Origin: Gekko japonicus
Taxonomy: Eukaryota
NCBI RefSeq assembly: GCF_001447785.1
Contig: NW_015162483.1
Coordinates: forward strand, 979,485-1,043,484
Reading direction: 5' to 3'
Length of the DNA: 64,000 bases
Shown here one piece after another: positions 24,236 to 36,006 of the stretch; positions within the stretch are counted from its first letter, which is position 1; every line of letters starts with the position of its first letter. A program made the translations under genes and the position numbers. The notes under the pieces are model-generated. The model was not told the DNA's origin. It made no database searches and saw nothing but the letters and a program-made list of their open reading frames with translations.

Positions 24236-26726
24236 TATGATCTAACACGGTATACCTTAAAAGTATTAAATGGAGGCTTTGAATAGCTAATATTTGTATG
24301 TATAATTGAAGATTGTAAGTACTGCTTATTAAAATGTTGCTTATATATCTTTTGTAAAATACATTTGAGGCATTGCTTATACCAGGCTTTAACAAATTTT
24401 CCGTGTTCTAGGAGCCAACCCCGAAATTTAGGAGCCACAGTAATTTTTCAGCCTTTAGGATTTCATGTTTAATGAACACATTTTCTAATTACTGCTACCC
24501 AGCCCCATAGCTAGATGATTTTCAATGGTGGGGCACTGGATGGAGGGGGGCAGAAGGAGAAGAATGGAAGTGCCTGACTGCAGGGGTCATTTTGTAGAAA
24601 AAAATCGACCTCTGCCTGAATGGGAGAGGACCGAGCACATGCACAGTGGAGGAAGGGGGTGTGGCAGGAAGGGGCAGGCTGCTGCGTGTGCTCATTGGGG
24701 CTCCTATTCCCCCTCCTCCCTCCCACCCCAATCCACCTGAAAAAGCTCTCACAAGCTCCAGTCTCACCCATCATCTGCAGAGCTCAGCCTGAGTTTCGGT
24801 GGTGGGCAGCAGAGCAAGTGCAGCTGCAGCATTTCTGTGGAAGCAGCAGGGCAAGGAGCCTGTGCCACACACAGAGCAGCAGGCCAGGCTCACTTGCTGG
24901 CTCCCCCTCCCCTGGATTGGGCTACTCCTCCCCATCTATGGCACTCATCCCTCCCTCCCCTCAGCACATCTCGGGCCCCAGCCTGCTCGCCATGCACACA
25001 AAAAGCTTCACAAAAGGATGGCAGCAACTGAGAGCAGCATTCATGAGAGGGCATTGCCCCCAGGTCCTGCTGCCGCCACAATACCTACATATGTCACAGT
25101 TTTTTTTAATGTTATTAAAGCTATGATGAAAGTGTTATAGTATTTAAATACATATGGGGTAACCCTGGGTGTCACCACCACAACAAAAAGCTAACCTGTA
25201 ACCGTATCCTAACTTCTCCCCAGTTTCTTATAATTCCATTATTACTTCTTTAAAAAGCTCAATTTAAGTGATTAATGCCGTCAATATAGAAAACAACTAG
25301 ATAAGAAATGAGTTCATCCACCAACACTGAAAGGTGTAAAATTAAATTTATATACAAGCAAGTAATGACAAGAACTTCATGCACACTCATTTTTATGCCA
25401 TGCAAAAAATAATAAATCTGATGCAAAATGATAAATAAACTTTGGATTGAATCCACCCATTTCCCCCTCAATCTTGGACAATTCCCCCCTTATTACAGCC
25501 TCCCTTCCACATAGCTTTTGTCCATGCAAGTCCCATGATACAAATCATAAGGCTTTCTGGTGGTCAAGGGGAAATTCTTCCTCCCTTTGCTACTGAGGTT
25601 CCAATTAGGGATGTGCATTTGGTTCCAATTAGGGATGTGCATTTGGATATTTCCCGTCTGAATAAATATCCCAACCACCCACCCCCCCCCCAAACTGGGA
25701 ATACCATATTTTTTTTGCTCCTTGATATCTGGATCCAAAAAATATGCATTTTTTGGGGGGGTGCACATTCCTAGACCCAACCCTTAACATTTCTTTTGGA
25801 AAAGGCTAAGAGACACTAAAGCTTCAATCAGATTACAGGTTTTGAGTGACCTGGCCCCGCCTCTAATTTATCCAGGTTTCTTTGTAACAGAGAATTTTGA
25901 TCAGACATTCCTCCCTTAGCCCATCTCACTGCGTGGTTGATCAATCAGATGCAGCAGCCACAGAGTGGGGCAGTTGGGCAGCTTTTTAAATTATTTGTCT
26001 TCTGAAGCAGTGCTTCAAACTCCTGGCAGCAGCTGGTGGCCAATGGGATCGCTGGAGGAGGCCACTGGGATATGTGAGGGATGTGTTTTTGAAACTGTGC
26101 TTTTGAAAAATTCAACATTTCAAACATTTCAAAGCCAGGGGAGAGCACAGAGAATCCTCATCTTGTGTCCTGTGTGCTGCTGGCAATTTTATTTAAAAGC
26201 CTGGAGCAAAGCTGGAGTCACAGGCATCATTCTCAGACTTCCCTCCTCCCTCCCTCCCTCCCTCTCCGGAAGAAAAACAACACATATTTTCAAGTCACAC
26301 CTTCCCCATCCCATGGGCCACAAAACAAACAAACAAACAAAAAAAACGAAATACACAGGCATCTTTGAGGAAATCAGGAGTGGCCAAGAACCACCTGTGA
26401 GGTGAAGCAAAGCTGCTGGCCCAGCCTCTCTGATGGCTTCCAATGCACTCCCCCTACCTCCTACACCTAACAGGTGGTTGTCTGTCAGGTACACCTAACA
26501 GGTGGTTGTCTCCACAGTGGCTTCTAATACTCCTCCCCCCCTCCCCGTCCTACACTGGCCTGTCAAGTGTAGGAGAGGTGGTGGGATGCTTACAGACGCC
26601 GGGGAGGTTTGCTCAGCAGGATTGCCTTAGCACTGCTGCTGGCCCAGCCTCTCCGATGCCTTTAAATACAATCCCCCCCAACCCCAAACAGGCTGGTGTC
26701 TGTCAGCTGTAGGAACGGGGCCAGGG

Positions 26727-27395
26727 TATGAATGTTTATGGGGAGATAATAAAGGACATTTCTAGGAGCCATTTCGATGCGTGCCTCCCTCATGAACCTG
26801 AAGAAATGTCCACCACATCACCACTCCCTCACACCAACTCCCCCTCACACCTCTCACCTCTTACTGCCCCCAAGAAAGCTCCTGGCAAACGTCGAGCCAG
26901 ATACATCAATGCTACAAGGAGAAGGCAACTTAGGAATGCGGCAAAGACATTTGCACATAGTACTCCTGCAGTGCACTGAGCTGCACAGGCCAAGTACCAG
27001 CAAGATCACCCTGAGGTGCTCAGAACAACACAGTCTCCATATAAGCAAAACAATCCAGGAACACAAGTAGAGACGCCATCACTTTCGTCGAAGGTAGCAG
27101 GAGTTGAGTTAATGGACACCTGCTTCTTAAATGGACAGTTCTATGTGGCCTGCTCCAGAGTGAGCTCATCAAGCAGCCTGGTGATCCTAGTACCTGAGGG
27201 CAGATCTACCAATGTGGTCTAGAGAAAGGTCCTTCGGTAGAGGAAAAAAATTATGCATGTCTCACTTCATTTTTTACACTACAATCTTCTCCATTAGAAT
27301 TCCTACAACAAATGTTACATTTCAAACTTCACATCAGTATTATAATTGGATTTATGGAACTTAAATACTGTAGCGAAGCACATGTATCAGGCTAG
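26727..27395 (+). mobile_element. Non-autonomous Helitron (family A), 3' part with helicase remnant; 5' limit uncertain
   Basis: KVAGVELMDTCFLNGQFYVACSRVSSSSSLVILVPEGRSTNVV matches the Helitron PIF1-type helicase C-terminus (GQxYVAxSRV). 3' end agcgaagcacatgtatcaggCTAG|t. Confidence 0.9.
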
Positions 27396-29149
27396 TATAA
27401 ATACAATTCCAATTTATCATAATTATTTGGTTGTTTCACAGGTCACTCGGATTAATAATATTATTTCACTACTTGTACCAATGGTGCTGTGTGGAGACAT
27501 CATACTATAATGTGCAGGGTCCAGAGTGTGATCCCTTTCTGCATACATAAAAGGGCTCACTAGATTACACTATTATATATGCATTACACATTAGTCATAG
27601 ATCAATTTATTGAATGATGATTTAGCATTTCATATTGAAAATGATACACCACTTTCCCCCCCCAAAAATGCACATGATATTTGAGATAAAATTAACTGTC
27701 AATAATTCACCTGGGATCCATGCCAAGATTATAGTTTAATAACTTTTATGCAGTTTAGAAAGGGCATAGTATTATAGTAAACAACTCTGCTGACTCTTTT
27801 ACTTCAACTGAACTTTAGATGGAGTCCAGATATTAACATCAAAGATGTCACAATCAGTTCTTCGGTTGTCTAGATTGCACAATTTATGTCATAAAATTCA
27901 GATATGTGTTAGTCATTATATTACATAAATTAAACAACAGTTACCCAACTGATGCCTTTTCCTTGGTGTAATATCTAGGGGTTCCCCAGTTTATGTCCTC
28001 AAGGGTGAAGAAAGTCTGTAAATGCAGTGGAAGTGATTCCATCCTGAAAACAAATGCTTTGGGCTGCAGTAAAATGGATGTCTGGACATTCCATTATGTG
28101 TTTGTGTGTTCACTTCAATGTGAAAAGAATGTCCCTTCTGAATTCGTACTGAAAACACAGTGGCGGCTTCATTGCAATTTAGATAGCCAAATGCTGTCCA
28201 TGGTGCTGATGGGAGTGATATTTAGAACATTAGTGACCTGGTTAGAATGAAAATCATCCCATTTCAAAGATGGGACAGGACGAACAGAACAAGAATGGAT
28301 GGGAAAGAGGGATGGTGATTTTGTGGGTGAATAAGGGTCTGTGTGTAAATCTTGGAAGAAGACAATGGAAGAGTAGGGACCCAAATCTGGAAACTGGGCT
28401 CAGTATAAACAACATAAATCACTGAGAACTATGGAAACAGGAAGAACAGCAATTAATAACAAACCCTGATGTTTTGTATGATGTTTGGCCACTTCAGTGA
28501 AAACTTTGCATGAAATATTTGGTAGACAACAGAATTTTGATGGATTGCATATCCGAGTTTTTATTTATTTATTTATACACACACACACACACACACACAC
28601 ACATGACTGATTTCTGAGTCCCTACTCTTTGTTCTAATTCTTGGTGAAAGTTAAGTTAAGGAAATCTGGCAAGATGTCTTAATATTCACATTAATTCCTA
28701 TCATATTATTTTATGCTGTATGTTGGAAACAAAAAAATATCATATTTTATAATACTAGCACACAGAATGGAGAGAAGGAAGGCAGAAAGAAAGGATGCTT
28801 TTTGCAAGACAGTCTAGACATAATAATCACTATGGGATTTTCTGAGTTCACGTCTGTACCATGTATCAGCTATACTATTAGGAAAGTCCATTATGCGGCT
28901 TGCCCACATTATCTGAAGTTTCTGTGCTACTACCATATGCCAGAAATGTGTGGCAGTGGCATGAATTGGAGGAACTCTCCATGCTATGGATGCCACGTGA
29001 AATAACTATAACACAGAGATTCTGCCAAGATATAGTATACAGCAATTGTAATCTGCTGGCTGGCTCTTTATCAATGTAATTTTAATCTTGGCATCTTTTA
29101 GTGGACTGGAAGAAAGAAGTCTATTATTTTTTTCAGGGACTGCTACTTT

Positions 29150-29362
29150 GATGTGGTGGTGGAAAGTGCCATCAAGTCACTGCTCCTTATGGTAACTTCA
29201 TAGGCTTTTCAAAGCAATAGATGTTCAGAGGTGGTTTGCTACGGCTTGCCTCTGTGTAGTGCCCCTAGAGTTCTTTGGTGGTCTCCCATTTAAGTACTAA
29301 CCAGGGCCACCCTTGCTCAGCTTCTGAGACCTGATGATATTGGGCTAGCCTGGGTTATACAG
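29150..29362 (-). mobile_element. 5S rRNA-derived SINE with RTE/BovB-like tail
   Basis: Minus strand tcaggtctcagaagctgagcaagggtggccctggttagtacttaaatgggagacc resembles the 5S rRNA internal region, followed by gcaaaccacctctgaac. Partial copies near 51270-51405 and 5870-6085. Confidence 0.7.
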
Positions 29363-29752
29363 GTTTCATTGATAATGAGGGTCAAATTTTGCATGCCACA
29401 CAGGTGACATGATGTTAAACACATGCCATTCACTTACACATCTGTACATTTATCTGACATTAATTGGGAAGGCACATATATTTATGCCAAGGACACAGGT
29501 CTCAATGCTGCAGTGGTGGGACTGCTCCAACAGGGGGATTTGCAAGTATAGAATTTGTAACTGGTTAGTGCATGAACTGGACTTAGTCAGTGGGGATCTG
29601 AAACTGACTCTGAGAGTTTTAAAACTAGCACTCTGTTCACTCTCCCTTCTACATGCTAGTTACCTTCTAGGAAGAAGCACATACAAATAAATACTGTGTA
29701 ATCCGCACCCATAGGAATTAATTTTTTTACTCTGTTCTACTGTTTCACGTAC

Positions 29753-29947
29753 CTGGACACCGTCAGATGCAGGGATGTAACTTGCTCTTTTAAATGTATC
29801 TGTAACATTTCTAAGAATTTCCACAGAAACCAGGAGATCTCCTGCATAAAGATTTTTCCTCTGAGTTAAATCCAGAAGGGTCTTTGTCACCTGGGACATT
29901 CCTTCACCTGCCAGAGTCCTCTGTCCTTTTGCAAGATGTTCTTTAAT
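29753..29947 (-). CDS. ADGRB3: ADGRB3/BAI3 coding exon, GAIN domain N-terminal part ([65 protein letters not shown])
   Basis: 195-nt phase 0-0 exon. Acceptor ...ttttcacAG|ATTAAAG, donor CCAG|GTACGT. Matches BAI3 peptide. Confidence 0.97.
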
Positions 29948-30779
29948 CTGTGAAAAATAAAACAGTGAAATAAATATCAGAACCTTATTTACTATAATTG
30001 TTACCATCAAATAAACTGAATATGAGAATACTCTATAGAAAATACAGCAATACTCTATTGAAAATACTCTAAAGTATTATCATAATATTATGATAACACT
30101 CTATAGAAAATGGAACAATGTAAATTAGCTGTACTGAAGTGGTACACACTTTATACAGGATATTATTTAGGGGAAATAAGGCAGCTAATTAGTGGCCTCT
30201 TGATTTTATATCCAAATCAGAGATGGCCACTGATTTGGATATTCTGGAGGCATATTATTTAAAAACCAGCTGCACTCTTTATACTTAGCTTTCATATATA
30301 TTCTCCATAGAACCTTCAGACATGATACGTTGCCAAGACTAATAAATAACTATACTTTATGAAATCAATCTACATTTAGTTCAACTCACTAGCAAAGCAT
30401 TGACTTATAGGTTCTTTTGTATTGTGATACTTTGGGAGAAGAACTTCTCTGTGAGAAAAAAAATTATCACAATATAATGTATTTTGTTTAGGCTCATTAT
30501 GGGTTTTTTGAGCAGTTTACCCCTAAAAAGGAACAAGTGGTAGGTTCCACACACTCTGGGATTTATTTTGGTGTAGCGTAACATGTTACACCTTGTCATG
30601 TTGAACATATGAAATTCCTTAATGTAAGTCCATCTGGTTCTATTGTTTACCTTGAACAACAACTATTCTTAGATGAACAAATTTAGAGTCTAGTTGCATC
30701 TTTAAAACCAACAAAGTTTTATTCAAAGAATGAGCCTCCGTGTGCATGCACACTTTTTCAAATATATTGGAATGGTAGG

Positions 30780-30924
30780 CAATGCTCCCTCTAAGCTGTG
30801 GAGTCTTGTGAGCAAAAAATTCTACTTTGTGAGCTACTGGCATTAAAGTTGTGAGTGAGTGATTTGCCTACTGTATAAATTAGTTTGTTCTGGAGCCATC
30901 CTTCCTGAGCTAAGACAAAAATGT
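30780..30924 (-). mobile_element. Truncated hAT MITE (family of 3932-4136), adjacent to a Penelope pseudo-LTR fragment
   Basis: Near-identical to 3932-4074. Confidence 0.8.
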
Positions 30925-31938
30925 TGATTCATAATAGTAAGGGGGAAAATTAAACATCTTTGTCTGATTAGAAAGTTTCTTAGGAAGACGACTCCATTTT
31001 TAGATATTTAGCCTTTATTTTTGTTGTCCTATAGGTTCCATGAATAGGTCTTCTCTCAATATGAATCATGATACAATATTGTAAAGAAAGAGGAATCTTA
31101 TTGAACCAAAGACCATTTTATAGTGTATAAAAGTATGGCAAGTGTATCCACCATAAGTTGATGGATGACAGTTACCAGCTGTCTACGGCTTTTTAAAAAA
31201 AACTCAAAACAAACATGCTTTATTCCATATTCCATACATTATCATCTAACTGGTGCCAGAAATTAATGAAGCTGCCCTACATTAGTTAGAACATAGACAG
31301 CACCTGGGGGATTGACAAGAGTAATCAGGACCCAGGTAGGAATGGGTGGCCCCACAAATTTTTTTATCTTTGGGTCTCACCTTTGAAGAAGTGAGGCAAA
31401 TTGTGTTGGATTCTACACTGCTGAGCAGTTATGAATTAAAAACTACTTTGAGGCACAGAATAGATATGGTTAGCATCCCTTTTAATGTATATGTCAAAAA
31501 GCAACATATTATTCTGTACACTGCTTTCTGTTACCCAGGAAAGTTGCTCTGCTTGACAAAGTTGTTCTTCCTGTGTGAAGGTCATCTTTTAGTGATGCAG
31601 GTTTATTAAAGTACAATTTATGAGCTAGAGATGGCAAAACGAAACAGCTGTTAAAGCAGTACTTCAATAGTTCTCTGTTTCTTGCAGCCCACACTATACA
31701 TATGTAGACTGGGAGGAAAATGTACTTCAATATTTAATGGACATTGGTTCAGGATCTATAGTGACCTAGTTTGTTGAAACACTATCCAACACAAGGCAAA
31801 ATGGAATAAACTAGCATGTTATTTCCAGTTACCATAGTTACTGAAAATCAGACTGGGTTGATATAGTATAACAAAGCCTAAAGCAAATATTACAGATCGA
31901 CAATGTAGATGTACTTAATTTTGCTTTTTCTTAACTCT

Positions 31939-32397
31939 GGTCCCGGTCACGCAAAGAATTTGCCATGTGAGAGGCACAACTGCCAGACGGATTAAAAGGG
32001 TGCGATCATACAGCAACATCTGGCAAGTGTCGCACACCCATCTCCGGCTGAAGATGCGGAGTTAAAAAGTACTTGGGAAAGTGTAGTATTATCTGGAAAA
32101 CGCGGGGTGTGGGTGGGCGTCTGATCACGGAAGCGCTGGTATCCCATAACATCTGGCACCCGTCCATGTCCCACCGGATTTTGTCTTGTAAGCCTCTGTG
32201 GTAGGTGCACAAACGCACACATGCACAAACGCGGTACTGCTTCATTGCCATGCTTCGCCATCACCATGTGATCGGTGGCTGACGGCCTGAGCATGGAGCC
32301 TCAGGGGAACGTCAGATCGTGATACCATGCTTCATTTTGCTCTGGGGCAAAAAGCCTCACTTCCCCCCCGGATTATCTCGCTCGTGTGATCGGGGCC
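31939..32397. mobile_element. PIF/Harbinger-like MITE, 3-bp TSD
   Basis: TIRs ggtcccggtcacgc / gtgtgatcggggcc; TSD tct on both sides; CpG-rich. Confidence 0.8.
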
Positions 32398-33149
32398 TCT
32401 GTTACAAAATCTACATGCTTGGGGAAAACATTTAGGAGAAAAACCCTTGAAGAAATAAATCATGCCTTGCCTTTGAATTCCCAGGTTTCATTAAAAAAAA
32501 AAAAAGTATCTACCCCCCCCCTCAGAATTATAAGAGAAAATACCCAAGCAGTTTTTGCCCAAATTGTTTGGAGGGAGAGTTGATGAGTGATACACTCTAC
32601 TTTGCATCAATGACACCCTGTGCAATTCACCTTACATCTCTAAACAGAGGGGTGAGCCTACCATTGGGGAGCATCTCACTTTCTGGACCCCACCTCTTAC
32701 CAATATAGTGTGAACAAAAGGAAAAAGGGATGTGCCCTCATAAACCTGATCCCAGAATTATATAAATCATCTGTAAGGCACCCTTTAGGATTTGAGTTGG
32801 AGTTAAGGGGGTGGGGCCAGTGGGAAGGACTAAAACTGAATCACAGCTCATGGAGTTTGTGAATTTCATCAAGAACATTCCTACCTTTCCCCCCTAAACA
32901 TAAACCTCCAATAGCTTCCTTCTAGCTTAAAAACATATCCTATGATATAGAAGCAAAAAGATTCTTCCCAGAAGCTTCAGTGCTAAGTGAAATTCAATAA
33001 CGTGGTACCCATCAGGTTCTGGAGGAAAGAGATAGATGAGACAACAGACCAATGCATGGGGTAAAAGAAACTGGTCTTGATGAAGCAGAAGCCAAAGAGA
33101 GGGAAAATGGTTTGTAGTTACGAATAGAGAATGAAGCTGTGTAAAAAGG

Positions 33150-34040
33150 GGGCAAAATGTGTTCCCCCAATTGTTTTCCATGTGCCTGGCAGGCTGCTCC
33201 ACTCCTCCCGATCGGACAATTGTGTGGCTCAGAGTTCTGAGGTAAAACATGACTGTTTGCATCCACCTCCCTCTGATTGCTCAGCTGTGAATCTCAATGT
33301 TCTGAGGTAAAAACACATAAGAGACTGCAAACAGTTGAGGACAGTTACAGAAATCAGCAATTCAAGACTCCTGAATAGACATTTTTTCAAAAAAGCCAGC
33401 ATGGCAATTGAGTTAATGAATGTTCATGGGGAGATAGTAAAGGGCAATTCTAGGAGCCATTTTGATGCATGCCTCCCTCATGAACCTGAAGAAATGTCCA
33501 CCACATCATCACTCCCTCACACCAACTCCCACTCACACCTCTCAGTACCCCCCCCCAGAAAGCTCCTGGCAAACATCGAGCCAGATACACCAACGCTACA
33601 AGGAGGAGGAACTTAGGAATGTGGCAAGGACATTTGCACATAATACTCCTGCGGGGCACTGAGCTACACAGAACAGCACAGTCTCCATATGAGCAAAATA
33701 ATCCAGGAACACAAGTAGAGAAGCCATCACTTTTGTGGAAGGTGGCAGGAGTTGACTTAACAGACGACTGCTTCTTAATTCTTTCCTGCTTCAGAGTGAG
33801 CTCATCAAGAAGCCTGGTGATCCTAGCACCTGAGGACAGAACCACTAATGTGGTCTACAGAGAGGTCCTTCAATAGGGGGGGGTGAAGTACATATGTCTC
33901 ACTTCATTTTTTTTTCACTACAATCTTCTCTATTAGAATTCCTACAACAAAGGTTACATTTAAGACTCCAAATCATCAGTATTATAACTGGATTTGCCGA
34001 ACTTAAATAACGTAGCGAAGCACGGGTATCAGACTCGTAG
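33150..34040 (+). mobile_element. Non-autonomous Helitron (family A), 3' part with helicase remnant; 5' limit uncertain
   Basis: KVAGVDLTDDCF...FRVSSSRSLVILAPEDRTTNVVYREVL; 3' end agcgaagcacgggtatcagactcgtag|t; homologous to 8162-8945 (minus). Confidence 0.88.
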
Positions 34041-34226
34041 TAAATATGATAATCTTGTAAAGCATGACAAAGTTTTGTTTTCCCTTATATCACACACATG
34101 ATCTACTTTCTTGTCACTAGATCCCTGTTCCAAACAAATGAACAAACAAACAAGAACAAAATAATCACCAACCAGTTTGCATTCAGAATTCCATTAATTT
34201 AAACAAATGTATCTATATTATTTGTA

Positions 34227-34578
34227 AAGGTAAAGGTAAAGGTTCCCTTGCTCGAAAGCCAGTCGAATCCGACTCTAGGGTTGCGGTGCTCATCTCCGTT
34301 TCAAAGCCGAAGAGCCAGCGCTGTCCAAAGACATTTCCGTGGTCATGTGGCCGGCATGACTAAACACCAAGGCGCACGGAACGCTGTTACCTTCCCACCG
34401 AAGTGGTCCCTATTTATCTACTTGCAATTTCTTGCTTTCGAACTGCTAGGTTGGCAGGAGCTGGAACTAGAGACAGGAGCTCACCCCGTCTTGCGGCACC
34501 CGGGTCTTGAACTGCTGAACTACTGACCTTCCACAGCCTGCAGTTCAGCGTCTTAACCACTTGAGCCACCGCAGTTCC
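34227..34578 (-). mobile_element. Sauria SINE (Squam1), full length
   Basis: (AAAGGT)n tail and diagnostic gtggtcatgtggccggcatgact...tatttatctacttgca body; 14-bp TSD ctatattatttgta (34213-34226, 34579-34592). Confidence 0.92.
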
Positions 34579-34967
34579 CTATATTATTTGTACAAATCTT
34601 TAATTCTATTACTTGTAGTTCACATCTGAATGGCAGACTCTTCTCCCTCCACTAACAGGTATCTTGGAATCCTTTTTATAGAACTTGGCAAGTTTTGTAA
34701 TATGCACAATGGGCTTCATTCTCTTCGAAGATTGTACAGTCCTTGGAAATGGTACCAGAAAGCTGCAAATAAACAGCTGCTGGCACAGCAAAATGCAGCA
34801 GTGAAATTAAGAGTTTAAATACATAGAAGTTTTAATGTGCTACAGTTGCCGCTTGCTGAAAGCTTAACCAAGTCCCTAGGGGAGGCAAGCTACCACCAGC
34901 TCTTAGCTATAAGGCTGTGCCACAAACTGTCTTCAGTATGCCACAGGACTGCTTCAGTCCTGCTTCA

Positions 34968-35619
34968 GTCGCTTTCACACACATTAAATAATGCATTTTC
35001 AATCCACTTTCAATGCACTTTGCAATTTATTTATTTATTTATTTAGGTATTTTTACCCCGTCCTCCCCGCCAGCGGGCTCAGGGCGGCTTACAAGGGGCA
35101 CAGGCCCGTACATAAAGTCCAATAAAACAATAAAATAATAACCAGTACATTACTATCCACAATCAAGTGCTTACATTATCAAGATGGTCTCAAGTTGTTA
35201 TAATGATATCTTCCAGCAGCCCCATTGGGCACCACTGTCAAGTAGGTGGTTCGAGCCAGCCCGCTGCTCTCATTGCCGCGCAGTTCTCCTTGCCGCTAAG
35301 CTACCAAGGGCAATTCCCGATCTTGATGGTATTGCCACCGTTGATGGTAGTGGTGGCAATGGTGGCAGTAGCGGCCCCTACGTGAAAGCCTGATGGAAGA
35401 GCTCCGTCTTACAGGCCCTGCGGAACTGCATGAGGTCCCACAGGGCCCTGATCTCCTCTGGGAGCTCATTCCACCAGGTAGGGGCCACCACTGAGAAAGA
35501 TCTAGCCCTTGTCGCAGCAAACTTTACCTCTCGGGGACCCGGAATCACCAGCAAAATCCACTTGCAAAGGGTCGCTGAAATGCATTGAAACTGCATTATT
35601 TAGCATGTGTGAAAGCACC
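34968..35619. mobile_element. Palindromic Harbinger-like MITE split by an L2 3' fragment (35026-35552, minus)
   Basis: Arms gctttcacacacattaaataatgca / tgcattatttagcatgtgtgaaagc. The insert encodes ARSFSVVAPTWWNELPEEIR...KTELF and has a (TTTA)n tail. Confidence 0.75.
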
Positions 35620-35845
35620 AAATGTTTATACAATGAGGTCTAAATTATATTTGAGCCTCTTCCCTGTGAAAGACTGAAACAAGGAGGCATTTGTAATGCA
35701 AATGACCATTCTGGTTATGACAGATATTCTATTTGCATTATACACTGATAGGAACAAGTAGCGCCTTAGGCCTCATGCATGAAAATACTGTTCTTTTTGC
35801 TATCACAGACTCACACACTCTTCTGGAAGTAGGCAAACTAATACA

Positions 35846-36006
35846 NNNNNNNNNNNNNNNNNNNNNNNNNNNNNNNNNNNNNNNNNNNNNNNNNNNNNNN
35901 NNNNNNNNNNNNNNNNNNNNNNNNNNNNNNNNNNNNNNNNNNNNNNNNNNNNNNNNNNNNNNNNNNNNNNNNNNNNNNNNNNNNNNNNNNNNNNNNNNNN
36001 NNNNNN
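35846..36006. other. Assembly gap (161 N)
   Basis: N run. Confidence 0.99.

Noticed and set aside
24382-25125. GC-rich region with several overlapping ORFs and possible TIRs
   Set aside because: ORFs show no recognisable domain; TIR match is weak and no TSD was found; probably a decayed DNA transposon
29270-29362. 5S rRNA gene
   Set aside because: Diverged and fused to a retroposon tail; SINE head
1-29752. Next ADGRB3 exon ([23 protein letters not shown]-like)
   Set aside because: Not found by eye in this interval; presumably lies beyond the window start, but a TBLASTN is needed to exclude it
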